NCBI GenBank assembly: GCA_038231275.1
Contig: JBBRLQ010000030.1
Span: 34,872 to 98,871 of the forward strand
Direction: 5' to 3'
DNA from: Polyangiales bacterium
GTDB lineage: Bacteria; Myxococcota_A; Polyangia; Polyangiales; Polyangiaceae
DNA: 64,000 bases
Shown: positions 10,927 through 20,007 of the stretch, piece by piece
Position numbering within the stretch: position 1 is the stretch's first letter
Layout of the letters: the number at the start of each line of letters is the position of its first letter
The notes under the pieces: model-generated
Seen by the model: the letters and a program-made list of their open reading frames with translations, nothing else
Told to the model about the DNA's origin: nothing
Database searches by the model: none
Program-made: the position numbers and the translations under genes

Positions 10927-12099
10927 CTAGTACACGCCGGGGATCAGCACCCAGGGGACCTTCTTCTTGTACGCGACGTAGTCCGGATCCTGAGAGAGAT
11001 GACGCTCCTCGGTCCACGCGCGCAGGGCGTACACGAGGTTGAGGCACGTCAAGAAGAACGCGGTCTGGAGCGTCATGTTCGGCAGGTACTCCATCCACCA
11101 CGCGAAGCCCTTGCACACGTACGCAGGGTGCCGGATGAACCGATACGGCCCCTTGTCGGTGATGCCGCGGTTCGTCAGGTTCGAGAATTTGAGCCCGAAC
11201 GCCACCGTCGCCGCCGCGTAGATCGTGAACGCCGCGAGCATGAGGAAGCGGCACGCCGTCTGTCCCCACGGGTTGGTGATGAAGGGGGCGTTCTGGTTCA
11301 AGGGCAGGTACGTCCCGAGCACGTCGTTGAAGGGCGGGTAGCACGAGATCGCCGCGGCCCAGCCCAGCGCGGTCGGCTCCACGCTCCTCGTCTTGTTCTT
11401 GAGCCAGCTGCTCTCGAGGCAGTAGCCCATGAGCGCCCAGCCGCAGTCCACGAAGAAGAGGAGGTCGTAGTACATGTCCCCGGCGAACCGGAGGTTGCCG
11501 AGGTTGGTCCACCAGTCGCCGTGGAAGAGCGCCGCCAGATCGCTCCCGTCGGGGGCGAGCTTCGGCACCGTCGTCGTCACGTACGCCCACCAGTCGCTCA
11601 CGCCGAGCACGCGCGACGCGTCACCGAAGACCGGCTGGTGCTTCCGGAACGCCCAGTTGCGCGCGATGTTGTTGGTGTGGCCCGAGAAGAAGGTCACCAT
11701 CAGCGGGATGTAGAAGAGCTTCACGATGATCGAGAGGATCGTCGTCTTCACGCGGCGGCTTCGGACGAGGTGCTTCAGCTTGCCGCGCCACGTGCCGCGC
11801 GCGAGGAGCATCCAGTGGAGCGCCGGATCGCGCATGTCCTTTGCGCGCGTGGAGAAGCGCTTCAGGGTGGCGTACGCGTAGGGGAGGCCGAGGACGAGCC
11901 ACACCATGAGGCCGACGTCGAAGACCGGGCGCCACGGCGCGAACTGCTGGCGCTGGTAGTAGGGGTGACGGTGGTAGAGGACCCAGAGCACGCAGAGGAT
12001 CGCGGTCACCGTCAACCAGCGCCAGGCGGCGCGCACCCAGAGAGACTTGGCCTTGGTGGGCGCGGCGGTCTCCGCCGGGCTCGAGGTCGCGCTGCTCAT
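10927..12099 (-). CDS. Multi-TM ICMT/PEMT-family membrane methyltransferase, copy 2
   Basis: Many hydrophobic segments; FSNLTNRGITDKGPYRFIRHPAY and TEERHL..DPDYVAYKKKVPW. Confidence 0.82.
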   Translation of the reverse strand: MSSATSSPAETAAPTKAKSLWVRAAWRWLTVTAILCVLWVLYHRHPYYQRQQFAPWRPVFDVGLMVWLVLGLPYAYATLKRFSTRAKDMRDPALHWMLLARGTWRGKLKHLVRSRRVKTTILSIIVKLFYIPLMVTFFSGHTNNIARNWAFRKHQPVFGDASRVLGVSDWWAYVTTTVPKLAPDGSDLAALFHGDWWTNLGNLRFAGDMYYDLLFFVDCGWALMGYCLESSWLKNKTRSVEPTALGWAAAISCYPPFNDVLGTYLPLNQNAPFITNPWGQTACRFLMLAAFTIYAAATVAFGLKFSNLTNRGITDKGPYRFIRHPAYVCKGFAWWMEYLPNMTLQTAFFLTCLNLVYALRAWTEERHLSQDPDYVAYKKKVPWVLIPGVY

Positions 12100-12173
12100 C
12101 TCGCGGCAAAAAGTAGCACACCGCAGCCGTCGGGCGCCGCCGCCGAGCGGCGACCGTGGTCACGTCGCCGGAG

Positions 12174-13319
12174 TCAGAAGATCCCAGGGATGAACAGCCA
12201 CGGCACCTTCTTCTTGTAGGCGACGTAGTCCGGATCCTGCGACAGGTGGCGCTCCTCGGTGTACGCGCGAAGGGCGTAGAGGCCGTTCAGGATCGAGAGG
12301 AAGAAGACCGTCTGAAGCGAGATGTTCGGCAGGTTCTCCATCCACCACGCGAAGTTCTTGCAGAGGTACGCGGGGTGCCGCACGAAGCGGTAGGGGCCGC
12401 GCGAGATGATTCCGCGGTTCGTCAGGTTGGAGAACTTGAAGCCGAAGGAGACCGTCGCCGCCGCGTACACCGTGAACGCGGAGAGGACGAGGATCCGCAA
12501 GGACAGGAGCACGTACGGGTTCGTGATGAACTGGTGGCTCGAGTCGAGCGGCAGGTACGTGCCGGTGATGTCATTGAACGGCGGGTACAGCGCCAGAGCA
12601 GACGCCCAGCCGAGCGCGGTCGGCTCGACGCTGCGCGTCTTGTTCTTCAGCCACTGGCTCTCGAGGCAATACCCGAAGAGCGCCCAGCCGCAGTCCACGA
12701 AAAAGAGGATGTTGTAATAGAGATCGCCGGCGAAGCGGACGTTCGCCAGGTTCCACCACGACGCGTCGAAGAGCGCGCCGAAGTCGCTCCCGTCGGGGAG
12801 GAGCTTCGGCCCTGTCGTCGTGACGTACGCCCACCAGTCGTGGACGCTCTGCACCTTGCCGCCGTCTCCGAACGTAGGCAGGTGCTTCCGGTTCGCCCAC
12901 ATCCTCGCGATGATGTTCGAGTGGTCCGAGAAGAACGTCGTCATCAGCGGTGCGTAGAAGCCCTTCACGAAGAGCGACAGGATGGTCGTCTTCACGCGGC
13001 GGCTGCGAAAGAGGTGCTTCGTCTTGCCGCGCCACGCGCCGCGCACGAGGAGCATCCAGTGGAGCGCCGAGTCGCGCATGTCCTTCTGGCGTGACGAGAA
13101 GCGCTTCACCGTCACGTAGCAGTAGGGAAAGCCCAGCGCGATCCACGCGAAGAAGCCGAACTGGAAGACGGGGCGCCACGGCTGGAACTGCGGGCGCAGG
13201 TAGTAGGGGTGGCGGTTGTAGAGGACCCAGAGGACCGCCATGATCCCGGTGATCGTCACCCACCGCCATCCCGCGCGCGCGAGGAGGGTCTTGGGGGAGT
13301 TCTTCGGGACCGCGCTCAC
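12174..13319 (-). CDS. Multi-TM ICMT/PEMT-family membrane methyltransferase, copy 1
   Basis: Same motifs (GPYRFVRHPAY, TEERHL); colinear paralog of 10927..12099; GTGA overlap with upstream TPR gene. Confidence 0.82.
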   Translation of the reverse strand: MSAVPKNSPKTLLARAGWRWVTITGIMAVLWVLYNRHPYYLRPQFQPWRPVFQFGFFAWIALGFPYCYVTVKRFSSRQKDMRDSALHWMLLVRGAWRGKTKHLFRSRRVKTTILSLFVKGFYAPLMTTFFSDHSNIIARMWANRKHLPTFGDGGKVQSVHDWWAYVTTTGPKLLPDGSDFGALFDASWWNLANVRFAGDLYYNILFFVDCGWALFGYCLESQWLKNKTRSVEPTALGWASALALYPPFNDITGTYLPLDSSHQFITNPYVLLSLRILVLSAFTVYAAATVSFGFKFSNLTNRGIISRGPYRFVRHPAYLCKNFAWWMENLPNISLQTVFFLSILNGLYALRAYTEERHLSQDPDYVAYKKKVPWLFIPGIF

Positions 13320-14386
13320 AGATGCTCGCGCGCGATGTCCGCCCAGGTACCGGTCGGCTCGAGCTCCAGGTAACGCTTCCAGTGGGCGCGCGCGCGGACC
13401 TTCTCGCCGACCGCTTCGTAGGCCATCGCCAGGTTGAAGTGCGCGTCGGCGAAGCGCGGGTCGGCCTCCAGCGCCTTCTCGAAGTAGCCGATGGCGCGGC
13501 GCGGCTCACCCCGCTCGAGCATCACGTAGCCGAGGTTGTAGTGGGCCTCGGGCTGGCGATCGTCGATCTCGAGGGCGTGACGATAGAGCTCCTCCGCGCC
13601 GGCCTCGTCGCCGCGGCGGAAGCGGATGTTGCCGAGGTTGGTGTGCGCGATGGCGAGCTCCGGATCGAGCTCGAGGGCGCGGCGGTACAGCTCCTCGGCC
13701 TCTTCGAAGGTGGCGGCGTCCTCGTCGAGGCTGCTCGCGCGCGTGTACAAATCGTAGGCGGTGCGGGCGCGGGCGCCGAGCGTCTCGGGCCGGAGCATGC
13801 GCACGACGTCGTCGCGCAGCGCGTTCACCTGGAAATCCAGGACCATCTGCCCGGTGAGCGGCTCGAACATCGCGCCGTCGGTCTTCACGACCATGCGGCG
13901 CCCGTCGCTCACGATGCGTAGCTCCTGGAGCGGGCGCGTCACGCGCGGAAGGCTCTCCTTCAAGATGCCGATCGCGCGCGCCACGTCGCCGATCTTCACG
14001 CGGCGCGCGAGCAAGTCGTGCGTCGCGCGGACGGCGATGAGGTCCTGGAAGGTGTAGACCTTCCGGCCTCCGCGCGTGCCGCTGGGGCTCACGATCTGCG
14101 CCTTCTCGAGGGAGCGCAGGCGCGCGGCGGTCATGCCGATGAGCTTCGACACCTCGGCGCGCGAGAACGTGTCGCTCACCGGCTCGCGTCCGCCGCCGTT
14201 CGGCGCCTCGGGAGCGTCGGGCGGCGCGGCGCCTTCTTTCGGGGCGTTCGCGTCGATGCGTCCGCCGCCGGGACCGAACGCGACGTGGATGACGTCGGCG
14301 CCCTTCTTCGCGGCAGCGTCGGACGGGGGGATGGCAGTCGTGCCCTTGCCGCCCTTGCGGCGTTGGGGCTTCTTCTTTTCGGGCAT
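13316..14386 (-). CDS. MerR-like HTH + TPR repeat protein
   Basis: FSRAEVSKLIGMTAARLRSLEKAQIVSP...RKVYTFQDL (MerR-type HTH and wing); TPRs AHTNLG, AHYNLG, AHFNLA. Start uncertain (ATG 14386 or 14407). Confidence 0.85.
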   Translation of the reverse strand: MPEKKKPQRRKGGKGTTAIPPSDAAAKKGADVIHVAFGPGGGRIDANAPKEGAAPPDAPEAPNGGGREPVSDTFSRAEVSKLIGMTAARLRSLEKAQIVSPSGTRGGRKVYTFQDLIAVRATHDLLARRVKIGDVARAIGILKESLPRVTRPLQELRIVSDGRRMVVKTDGAMFEPLTGQMVLDFQVNALRDDVVRMLRPETLGARARTAYDLYTRASSLDEDAATFEEAEELYRRALELDPELAIAHTNLGNIRFRRGDEAGAEELYRHALEIDDRQPEAHYNLGYVMLERGEPRRAIGYFEKALEADPRFADAHFNLAMAYEAVGEKVRARAHWKRYLELEPTGTWADIAREHL

Positions 14387-14423
14387 TCCGTCTTCGAGAG
14401 TGGGCATGTAGATGGTCACGAGC

Positions 14424-14861
14424 TCACCGCCTCGAGGTGCCGAGGCGCCCCTCAATCAAGGGCGCCTGGATGTCGACGTCAATCCTCACGCCCTGCGGGT
14501 CGTGCGAGACCCTCAGCTCCGTCATCACGATGTCAAGAGCCCCGGGCGCGCGGCTCTGCGCCTCCCTGTGGGCAATTCGGATCGCCCGCAGGCGGACGTG
14601 CAGGTCTCGCGCGGCGACGGCGGCGATGAAATGCCGCTCTTCGTGGGTGACCGGGAGGGGTAGCGGCAAAATTAAGCTCGTCGTCCCGTACCAGACGCGC
14701 CCCCCTGCTTCTTCGCGGCATGAGCCTTCGCTCACGGCGTCGGCGCGCTCGAACAGCTCGCGCCAGGCCGGCTCGTGGACGCGAAGGCGCGCCCGGCGAT
14801 CCTGCGAAACCAGCGCAGGCTTCCGCGCCTTGACGATCGAAGGTCCCCTGGGCGGCGTCAC
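14424..14861 (-). CDS. Hypothetical protein (~145 aa)
   Basis: Protein-like alpha/beta composition; GTG 14861 with GGAG upstream chosen over the 14987 start, which runs through a hairpin-rich region. Confidence 0.55.
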   Translation of the reverse strand: MTPPRGPSIVKARKPALVSQDRRARLRVHEPAWRELFERADAVSEGSCREEAGGRVWYGTTSLILPLPLPVTHEERHFIAAVAARDLHVRLRAIRIAHREAQSRAPGALDIVMTELRVSHDPQGVRIDVDIQAPLIEGRLGTSRR

Positions 14862-15031
14862 TTCATCCCGATCTCCAAATCGGATCGTGCCGTGCGCGGA
14901 GGTGCGGCGTGAAGTTTTGTGTGCGTTCTCCACTCCCGCCCTTCGTGCGAAGCACGATTCGCGAGGCGACGCGCGGGGGAGGCTCACGCGTTTGCGCGTG
15001 AGGGGGCCGGTATGGCCCCACCAGACGAAAG

Positions 15032-15070
15032 GTTAGTCCAGGCGGCGCTTCAGCGCGGCCTGGCCCTAAC
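15032..15070 (-). terminator. Long bulged stem-loop at the end of the trpB-trpA-phosphoesterase unit
   Basis: GTTAG-t-CCAGGC-g-GCGC TTCA GCGC-g-GCCTGG-cc-CTAAC; followed on the minus strand by CTTTCGTCT (weak U-tract). Confidence 0.45.
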
Positions 15071-15746
15071 CGAACGCAGCGATGCGGAGCGGCTCGGCGT
15101 CCAGAGGGACGGTGATTTGCTCGACGACGACGCCAGTCGGGGTCGACTCGATCCACGTCGCGTGCGCGACGCTGCCGCCGCCGGCGCGCAGATCGGGGGC
15201 CTCGCCCACGCTGCCGACGTTGACGATGCGGCAGCCCATGACCTCGCGCTCGAAGGGCGTGTGGCTCATCCCGCAGACGACGACGTCCGCCGGATCGTCG
15301 CCGAGCAGCGCGTCGAGCTCCTCGTCGGTCATGTCGTGGCTGAGCGCCTCCGCCGGATCGACCGGCGAGCCGTGCACGAGAACGAGCTCTCCGCCGTCCT
15401 CGAGGGGCATGCGGAAGTGGGTGGGCAGCCGCTTGAGACGGCCGAGGATGACGTCCCCGAGCTCCGAGCGGACGGCGTGCATCCGCTCGATCATCTTCTT
15501 TTCGTGATCGTTGGAGCCGTGCAGATCCTTCGGGTCGAGCGTGGCGAGGGCCTTGTCGCTCACGCCCTGAACCAGCACCGCGCCGGCCGCCGCGAGGCGC
15601 CGCCACGTCTCGAGCGGATGGGGGCCCGGGAAGACGATGTCGCCGGCGACGAGGAGCTTGTTGAAGCTCCGCCGCTCGGCGGTCGCGAGGACCGCGGCGA
15701 GCGCATCGAGTCGGCCATGGATGTCGGAAACACAGAGGAGGCGCAT
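15066..15746 (-). CDS. Calcineurin-like metallophosphoesterase with altered motifs
   Basis: SDIHG, AGDIV, VHGSP, NVGSVG; GVSD and GMSH replace the usual GNxD and GHxH. Confidence 0.85.
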   Translation of the reverse strand: MRLLCVSDIHGRLDALAAVLATAERRSFNKLLVAGDIVFPGPHPLETWRRLAAAGAVLVQGVSDKALATLDPKDLHGSNDHEKKMIERMHAVRSELGDVILGRLKRLPTHFRMPLEDGGELVLVHGSPVDPAEALSHDMTDEELDALLGDDPADVVVCGMSHTPFEREVMGCRIVNVGSVGEAPDLRAGGGSVAHATWIESTPTGVVVEQITVPLDAEPLRIAAFG

Positions 15747-15782
15747 GAGGTTTCTCGGAGTCTCTTCGTGGATCGTAGTCGC

Positions 15783-16592
15783 TCAGGCGGCCCCGTCGAG
15801 CCCCGATCGCAGGCTCCGAATCAAATTCGTCACCCGCGCGCGGCGGTCTTCGGGGGTCGCCCCGTCTTCGATTTGGCGTACGATCGCGGTTCCTACCACG
15901 ACACCGTCGGCCTCCGCGCTGGCTTCTCGCGCCTTTTCGGGAGAATCGACGCCGAAGCCGACGACGACGGGGAGTCCCGTCGACGCGCGGAGCAGCCCGG
16001 CTTGGCGGGATGCGTCACGAAGCGGCGCGGCGGCGGCCCCCGTGACGCCGGCCACCGAGACGTAATAGACGAAGGCGCTGCGATCTGCGATCGCCCGGAT
16101 CTGATCGGCGCGCGCGGCGGCGCTCGTGGGGGCGACGAGCGGCACGATCGCGACGCCTAGCTCGGCGGCGCGCGCGCGAAGGACCGCGCCCTCCTCGAGC
16201 GGAAGATCGACGACGAGGAGCGCGTCGACGCCCGCCGCCGCCGCTTCGTCGACGACCTTCGCCTCGCCGTGCACGTAGAGCGGGTTGTAGTAACCGAAGA
16301 GAACGAGCGGGACGTTCGAAGCCGCGCGGATCGCCTTCGCTGCCCTCAAGGTCGCCACGAGGCCGCCTCCCTTCGCGATGGACCGCTGGCTCGCACGCGC
16401 GATGGCGGGACCGTCCGCCGTCGGATCGCTGAACGGGCAGCCGAGCTCGAGGACATCTGCGCCTGCCGTGGCGCACGCCAGCGCGAGGGCGGTCGACTCC
16501 TCTTCGGATGGATCGCCCATGCAGAGGTACGCGACGAGCACCTTCTTCTTCTCGCGCGCGCGCGCTTCGAAGGCGGCTCCGAGGCGATTCAC
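15783..16592 (-). CDS. trpA: Tryptophan synthase alpha chain
   Basis: [64 protein letters not shown] 16592 overlaps trpB stop. Confidence 0.97.
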   Translation of the reverse strand: MNRLGAAFEARAREKKKVLVAYLCMGDPSEEESTALALACATAGADVLELGCPFSDPTADGPAIARASQRSIAKGGGLVATLRAAKAIRAASNVPLVLFGYYNPLYVHGEAKVVDEAAAAGVDALLVVDLPLEEGAVLRARAAELGVAIVPLVAPTSAAARADQIRAIADRSAFVYYVSVAGVTGAAAAPLRDASRQAGLLRASTGLPVVVGFGVDSPEKAREASAEADGVVVGTAIVRQIEDGATPEDRRARVTNLIRSLRSGLDGAA

Positions 16593-17803
16593 GAGCCCAC
16601 CAACCGGCTCAGGTAGGTCTCGAGATCCTTGTCGCCGCGGCCGGAGCTGCAGACCACCAGCGTGACCGGGCGCTCGCGCTCGTCGGCGAGCTCCTCCGCG
16701 ATCGCGCCGATCTTGGCGAACGCGTGCGCGGTCTCGAGCGCCGGGAGGATGCCCTCGGTCTGGGCCGCCACGCGCGCGGCCGCGAGGGCCTCGTCGTCGG
16801 TGGCGGAGACGTAACGCGCACGCTCGGTGTCCTTGAGGTGCGAGTGCTCGGGGCCGACGCCCGGGTAGTCGAGGCCGGCGCTGATCGAGTGCGCTTCTTG
16901 GATCTGCCCACCGTCGTCGCAGAGCACGTAGCTCTTCGATCCGTGGAGCACGCCGACGCGGCCCGCCGAAAGCGTCGCCGCGTGCTGGCCGCTCGGGATC
17001 CCGTGGCCCGCAGCCTCGACGCCATAGAGCGCGACCTGCGTGTCGCGCATGAAGCCGCGGAAGAGCCCGATCGCGTTCGAGCCGCCGCCGACGCACGCGA
17101 CCGCGCCGTCGGGGAGCGCGCCGGTTTGCGCGAGCACCTGCGCGCGCGCCTCTTCGCCGATCACGCTCTGGAGCATCGCGACGAGCTCGGGGTAGGGATG
17201 CGGCCCGGCGGCGCTTCCGATGCAGTAGTACGTGGTCGCGACGTTCGTGACCCAGTCGCGCAGCGCCTCGTTCATCGCGTCCTTCAGCGTGCGCGAGCCG
17301 CTCTCGACCGGGATGACCTTGGCGCCGAGCAGCTTCATCCGCCCGACGTTCGGCGCTTGGCGCTTCACGTCCTCGGAGCCCATGTAGACCTCGCACGGGA
17401 GATCGAACATCGCGCACGCGGTGGCGGTGGCGACGCCGTGCTGGCCTGCTCCGGTCTCGGCGATGATTCGGCGCTTGCCCATCTTCTTGGCGAGGAGCGC
17501 CTGTCCGATGGCGTTGTTGATCTTGTGCGCGCCGGTGTGACAGAGGTCTTCTCGCTTCAGCAGCAGGCGCGCGAGGTTCTTGCCCGACGGATCGAGCGCG
17601 CGCGCGAGGCGTGTCGTCTCCGTGAGCGGCGTGGGTCGGCCCACGTACGAGGTGAGGAGCGCGCGCCACTCGTTCTGGAACGCCTCCCCGCGGACGATTT
17701 CGTCGACCTTCGCGGCGAGCTCGTCGAGGGCGAAGAGGAGCGTCTCGGAGACGAAGCGCCCTCCGTACTGCCCGAAATAGCCGGGGCGCTGCGCGTCCTG
17801 CAT
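16589..17803 (-). CDS. trpB: Tryptophan synthase beta chain
   Basis: [68 protein letters not shown]. Confidence 0.98.
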   Translation of the reverse strand: MQDAQRPGYFGQYGGRFVSETLLFALDELAAKVDEIVRGEAFQNEWRALLTSYVGRPTPLTETTRLARALDPSGKNLARLLLKREDLCHTGAHKINNAIGQALLAKKMGKRRIIAETGAGQHGVATATACAMFDLPCEVYMGSEDVKRQAPNVGRMKLLGAKVIPVESGSRTLKDAMNEALRDWVTNVATTYYCIGSAAGPHPYPELVAMLQSVIGEEARAQVLAQTGALPDGAVACVGGGSNAIGLFRGFMRDTQVALYGVEAAGHGIPSGQHAATLSAGRVGVLHGSKSYVLCDDGGQIQEAHSISAGLDYPGVGPEHSHLKDTERARYVSATDDEALAAARVAAQTEGILPALETAHAFAKIGAIAEELADERERPVTLVVCSSGRGDKDLETYLSRLVGS

Positions 17804-17817
17804 ACTCGTTTCTTACC

Positions 17818-18636
17818 ATGAAGACCCTCACCCGCGGCGCCGAGACGATCGCGTACGTCGCGTCGGAACCTCGAGCGCGGGCGGGCGAGAGGCGCGCGCT
17901 CGCGTTCGCGCACAACCTCATGTGTGATCACGAGGTCTGGCGCGCCGTCACGGCCGCGCTGGAAGGGGAGCATCGGATCGTGAACGTCGACGTGCGTGGC
18001 CACGGCGCGAGCACGGCGCACGCGGCGTACACCATCGCGGACGCGACGGCCGATCTCGAGGCCATCCTCGACATGGAGGGCGTCGACGAGGTCGTCGTGG
18101 TCGGGCTCTCGGTCGGCGCGTCGATGGCGATGGAGCTCTTGCTTCGTGCACCTGCGCGCGTACGCGGCGCGGTCCTCTTGGCGCCATGCGCGGAGGCGGC
18201 GTCGCGGCGAGACGGTTTGCGTGACGCCATCATCGCCAAGACCGTCGGCGCGGTGGGCTTCCCGGGGGAGATCGCCGTTCAGACGTCGCGCGCCCTCTTC
18301 GGCGACACGTTTCGCGATGCGTCGCCCGAGGTCGTGCGCGCGTGGGGGGACAAGCTCCACGCCCTCCGCCCCCGCTTCGCCGCGCACGCGCTCGCCGCGT
18401 GGTCGCGTCGCCGCCCGATACTCGCGGACCTCGCGCGCGTGAGGGCGCCGGTCACCGTGATCGTCGGCGAGGAGGACGGTCGCTGTCCGCCGTCCGACGG
18501 CGAGAAGGTGCAGCGCGCGATCGCGGGCGCGCAGATCGTGCGACTGGCCCGTACGGGTCACACGATCCCCGTCGAGCGCCCGGCGGAGGTGATCGCCGCG
18601 ATCCGCGATCTTGTCGCGCGCGCGTTCGGTGAATGA
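17818..18636 (+). CDS. Alpha/beta hydrolase (PcaD-like)
   Basis: DVRGHGAS, nucleophile elbow GLSVG, GEEDG (Asp), GHTIPVERP (His). Confidence 0.88.
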   Translation: MKTLTRGAETIAYVASEPRARAGERRALAFAHNLMCDHEVWRAVTAALEGEHRIVNVDVRGHGASTAHAAYTIADATADLEAILDMEGVDEVVVVGLSVGASMAMELLLRAPARVRGAVLLAPCAEAASRRDGLRDAIIAKTVGAVGFPGEIAVQTSRALFGDTFRDASPEVVRAWGDKLHALRPRFAAHALAAWSRRRPILADLARVRAPVTVIVGEEDGRCPPSDGEKVQRAIAGAQIVRLARTGHTIPVERPAEVIAAIRDLVARAFGE

Positions 18637-18673
18637 ACGGTCGCGGCGGGGCTACCAATCTCGTGAAGCCGTC

Positions 18674-19180
18674 ATGCGCACGAAACGCCTAATTTTCGGC
18701 CTGGCCGTGGGCCTGGTCCTCGCCGGACCCACCGGTGTCGCTGGACCTTTGGGGCAGACGCCGACGGCGCACGCGGAGCCAGACGCGCGCGCCATCGCCG
18801 CGCACGTGGATGCTCTGGTCGTCGCGATGGATGCGTCGAGCGAGCATGTTCGCCGCCTCCTTCGCAAAGCGCGCGTGCAGAAATGGCCACGCGGCGTGGC
18901 GTGCCTCGACGAGGCGCTCAGCCGCGTGGACGTCGCGCTGCGCGTCGCGCGTGAAGAGGCGAGGGGAGCGCGCGAGGCCGCCCATGGAGGGGACGTCGAT
19001 CGCGCGCGCGCGCACCTGTCGCGCGTCACCCGTCTCCGAGAAATGGCGCGCGCGGGCGCGGCGGGCGGCGAGATGTGCGCAGCGGGGCCCGAGTTTCAGG
19101 CGTTCGAGGGGACGACGGTACGCGTCATCGTCGACGCGAGCATCGCGCCCGTCACGCCGGCGACGCCCGCGGCGCCGTAG
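18674..19180 (+). CDS. Exported helical hypothetical protein
   Basis: Signal peptide MRTKRLIFGLAVGLVLAG...AHA; helical coiled-coil body with two Cys; Pro-rich tail. Confidence 0.7.
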   Translation: MRTKRLIFGLAVGLVLAGPTGVAGPLGQTPTAHAEPDARAIAAHVDALVVAMDASSEHVRRLLRKARVQKWPRGVACLDEALSRVDVALRVAREEARGAREAAHGGDVDRARAHLSRVTRLREMARAGAAGGEMCAAGPEFQAFEGTTVRVIVDASIAPVTPATPAAP

Positions 19181-19197
19181 GTCAGCCGGTCGCGCGC

Positions 19198-20007
19198 TCA
19201 GCTTCGGTCGCGCCATTTCGGCGGGCGGCGCTCGAAGTACGCGTTCATCGCCTCCGCGTGATCAGGGCCGGTCCACGTCTCGACGAACCGGCGACGCTCC
19301 AGCGCCGACAACGCGCGCGTCGGTGCGCACGCCTCCTCGAGGAGGGCCTTCATCGACGCGATCGCCGCGGGCGAGCCTTGCGTCACGTCGAGCGCCCACG
19401 CGATGGCCACCTCGGTGCACGACCCGTTGGCGACCACCTCGTCGACGAGCCCGATGGCTTTCGCGTCGGGCGCCGAGATCTCGTGGCTCGTGTACAAGAG
19501 GCGCGCCGCGGTGCCTCGGCCGACCAGCGAGACGAGCCTCGGGACCGTTCCCCACGCCGTCGTCACGCCCATTCGCACCTGACGAAAGCTGATGCGCGCG
19601 CGCGTGTCGGCGACGCGAAGATCGCATGCCAGCGCGAGCTCGGCGCCGCCCCCGAACGCGGGACCGGGGAGCGCCGCGATCACCGGAACCGGCAACGCCG
19701 CGAGCTTGGCGCACAGCTCGCTCCCGGCGACGCTGAACTCGGTCGCATGTTCGGGCGTCGTCGCGTCACGCAGCTCGCGCAGGTCCCCGCCCGACACGAA
19801 CGCGTCGCCCTCGCCGGTGATGACCACGGCGCGCAGCGTCGGATCCTTCGCCGCGTCGTCGACGGCCTGCGTGAGCAGCTCCATCGTCTCGCGATTCAGG
19901 GCATTTTTCGCCTCCGGCCGCGTGATCGTCCACACCAACGTCCGGTCGATCCGCTCAATCTTCAACGCCCGCGCGCGCACTTGGCCTCTCGCCTCCGGCA
20001 CCTTCAC
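19198..20007 (-). CDS. Enoyl-CoA hydratase/isomerase (crotonase) family protein
   Basis: TITRPEAKNAL, AFVSGGDL, PVIAAL, GGGAELALACDLR, EAMNAYFERRPPKW. Confidence 0.9.
   Translation of the reverse strand: MKVPEARGQVRARALKIERIDRTLVWTITRPEAKNALNRETMELLTQAVDDAAKDPTLRAVVITGEGDAFVSGGDLRELRDATTPEHATEFSVAGSELCAKLAALPVPVIAALPGPAFGGGAELALACDLRVADTRARISFRQVRMGVTTAWGTVPRLVSLVGRGTAARLLYTSHEISAPDAKAIGLVDEVVANGSCTEVAIAWALDVTQGSPAAIASMKALLEEACAPTRALSALERRRFVETWTGPDHAEAMNAYFERRPPKWRDRS

Noticed and set aside
15783..17921. Apparent large fusions from the ORF track: 712-aa TrpA, 509-aa CheB, 620-aa DegT, 414-aa nitrilase, 2102-aa TPR
   Set aside because: The N-terminal extensions are off-frame read-through of the upstream gene; real starts lie at ATGA/GTGA overlaps
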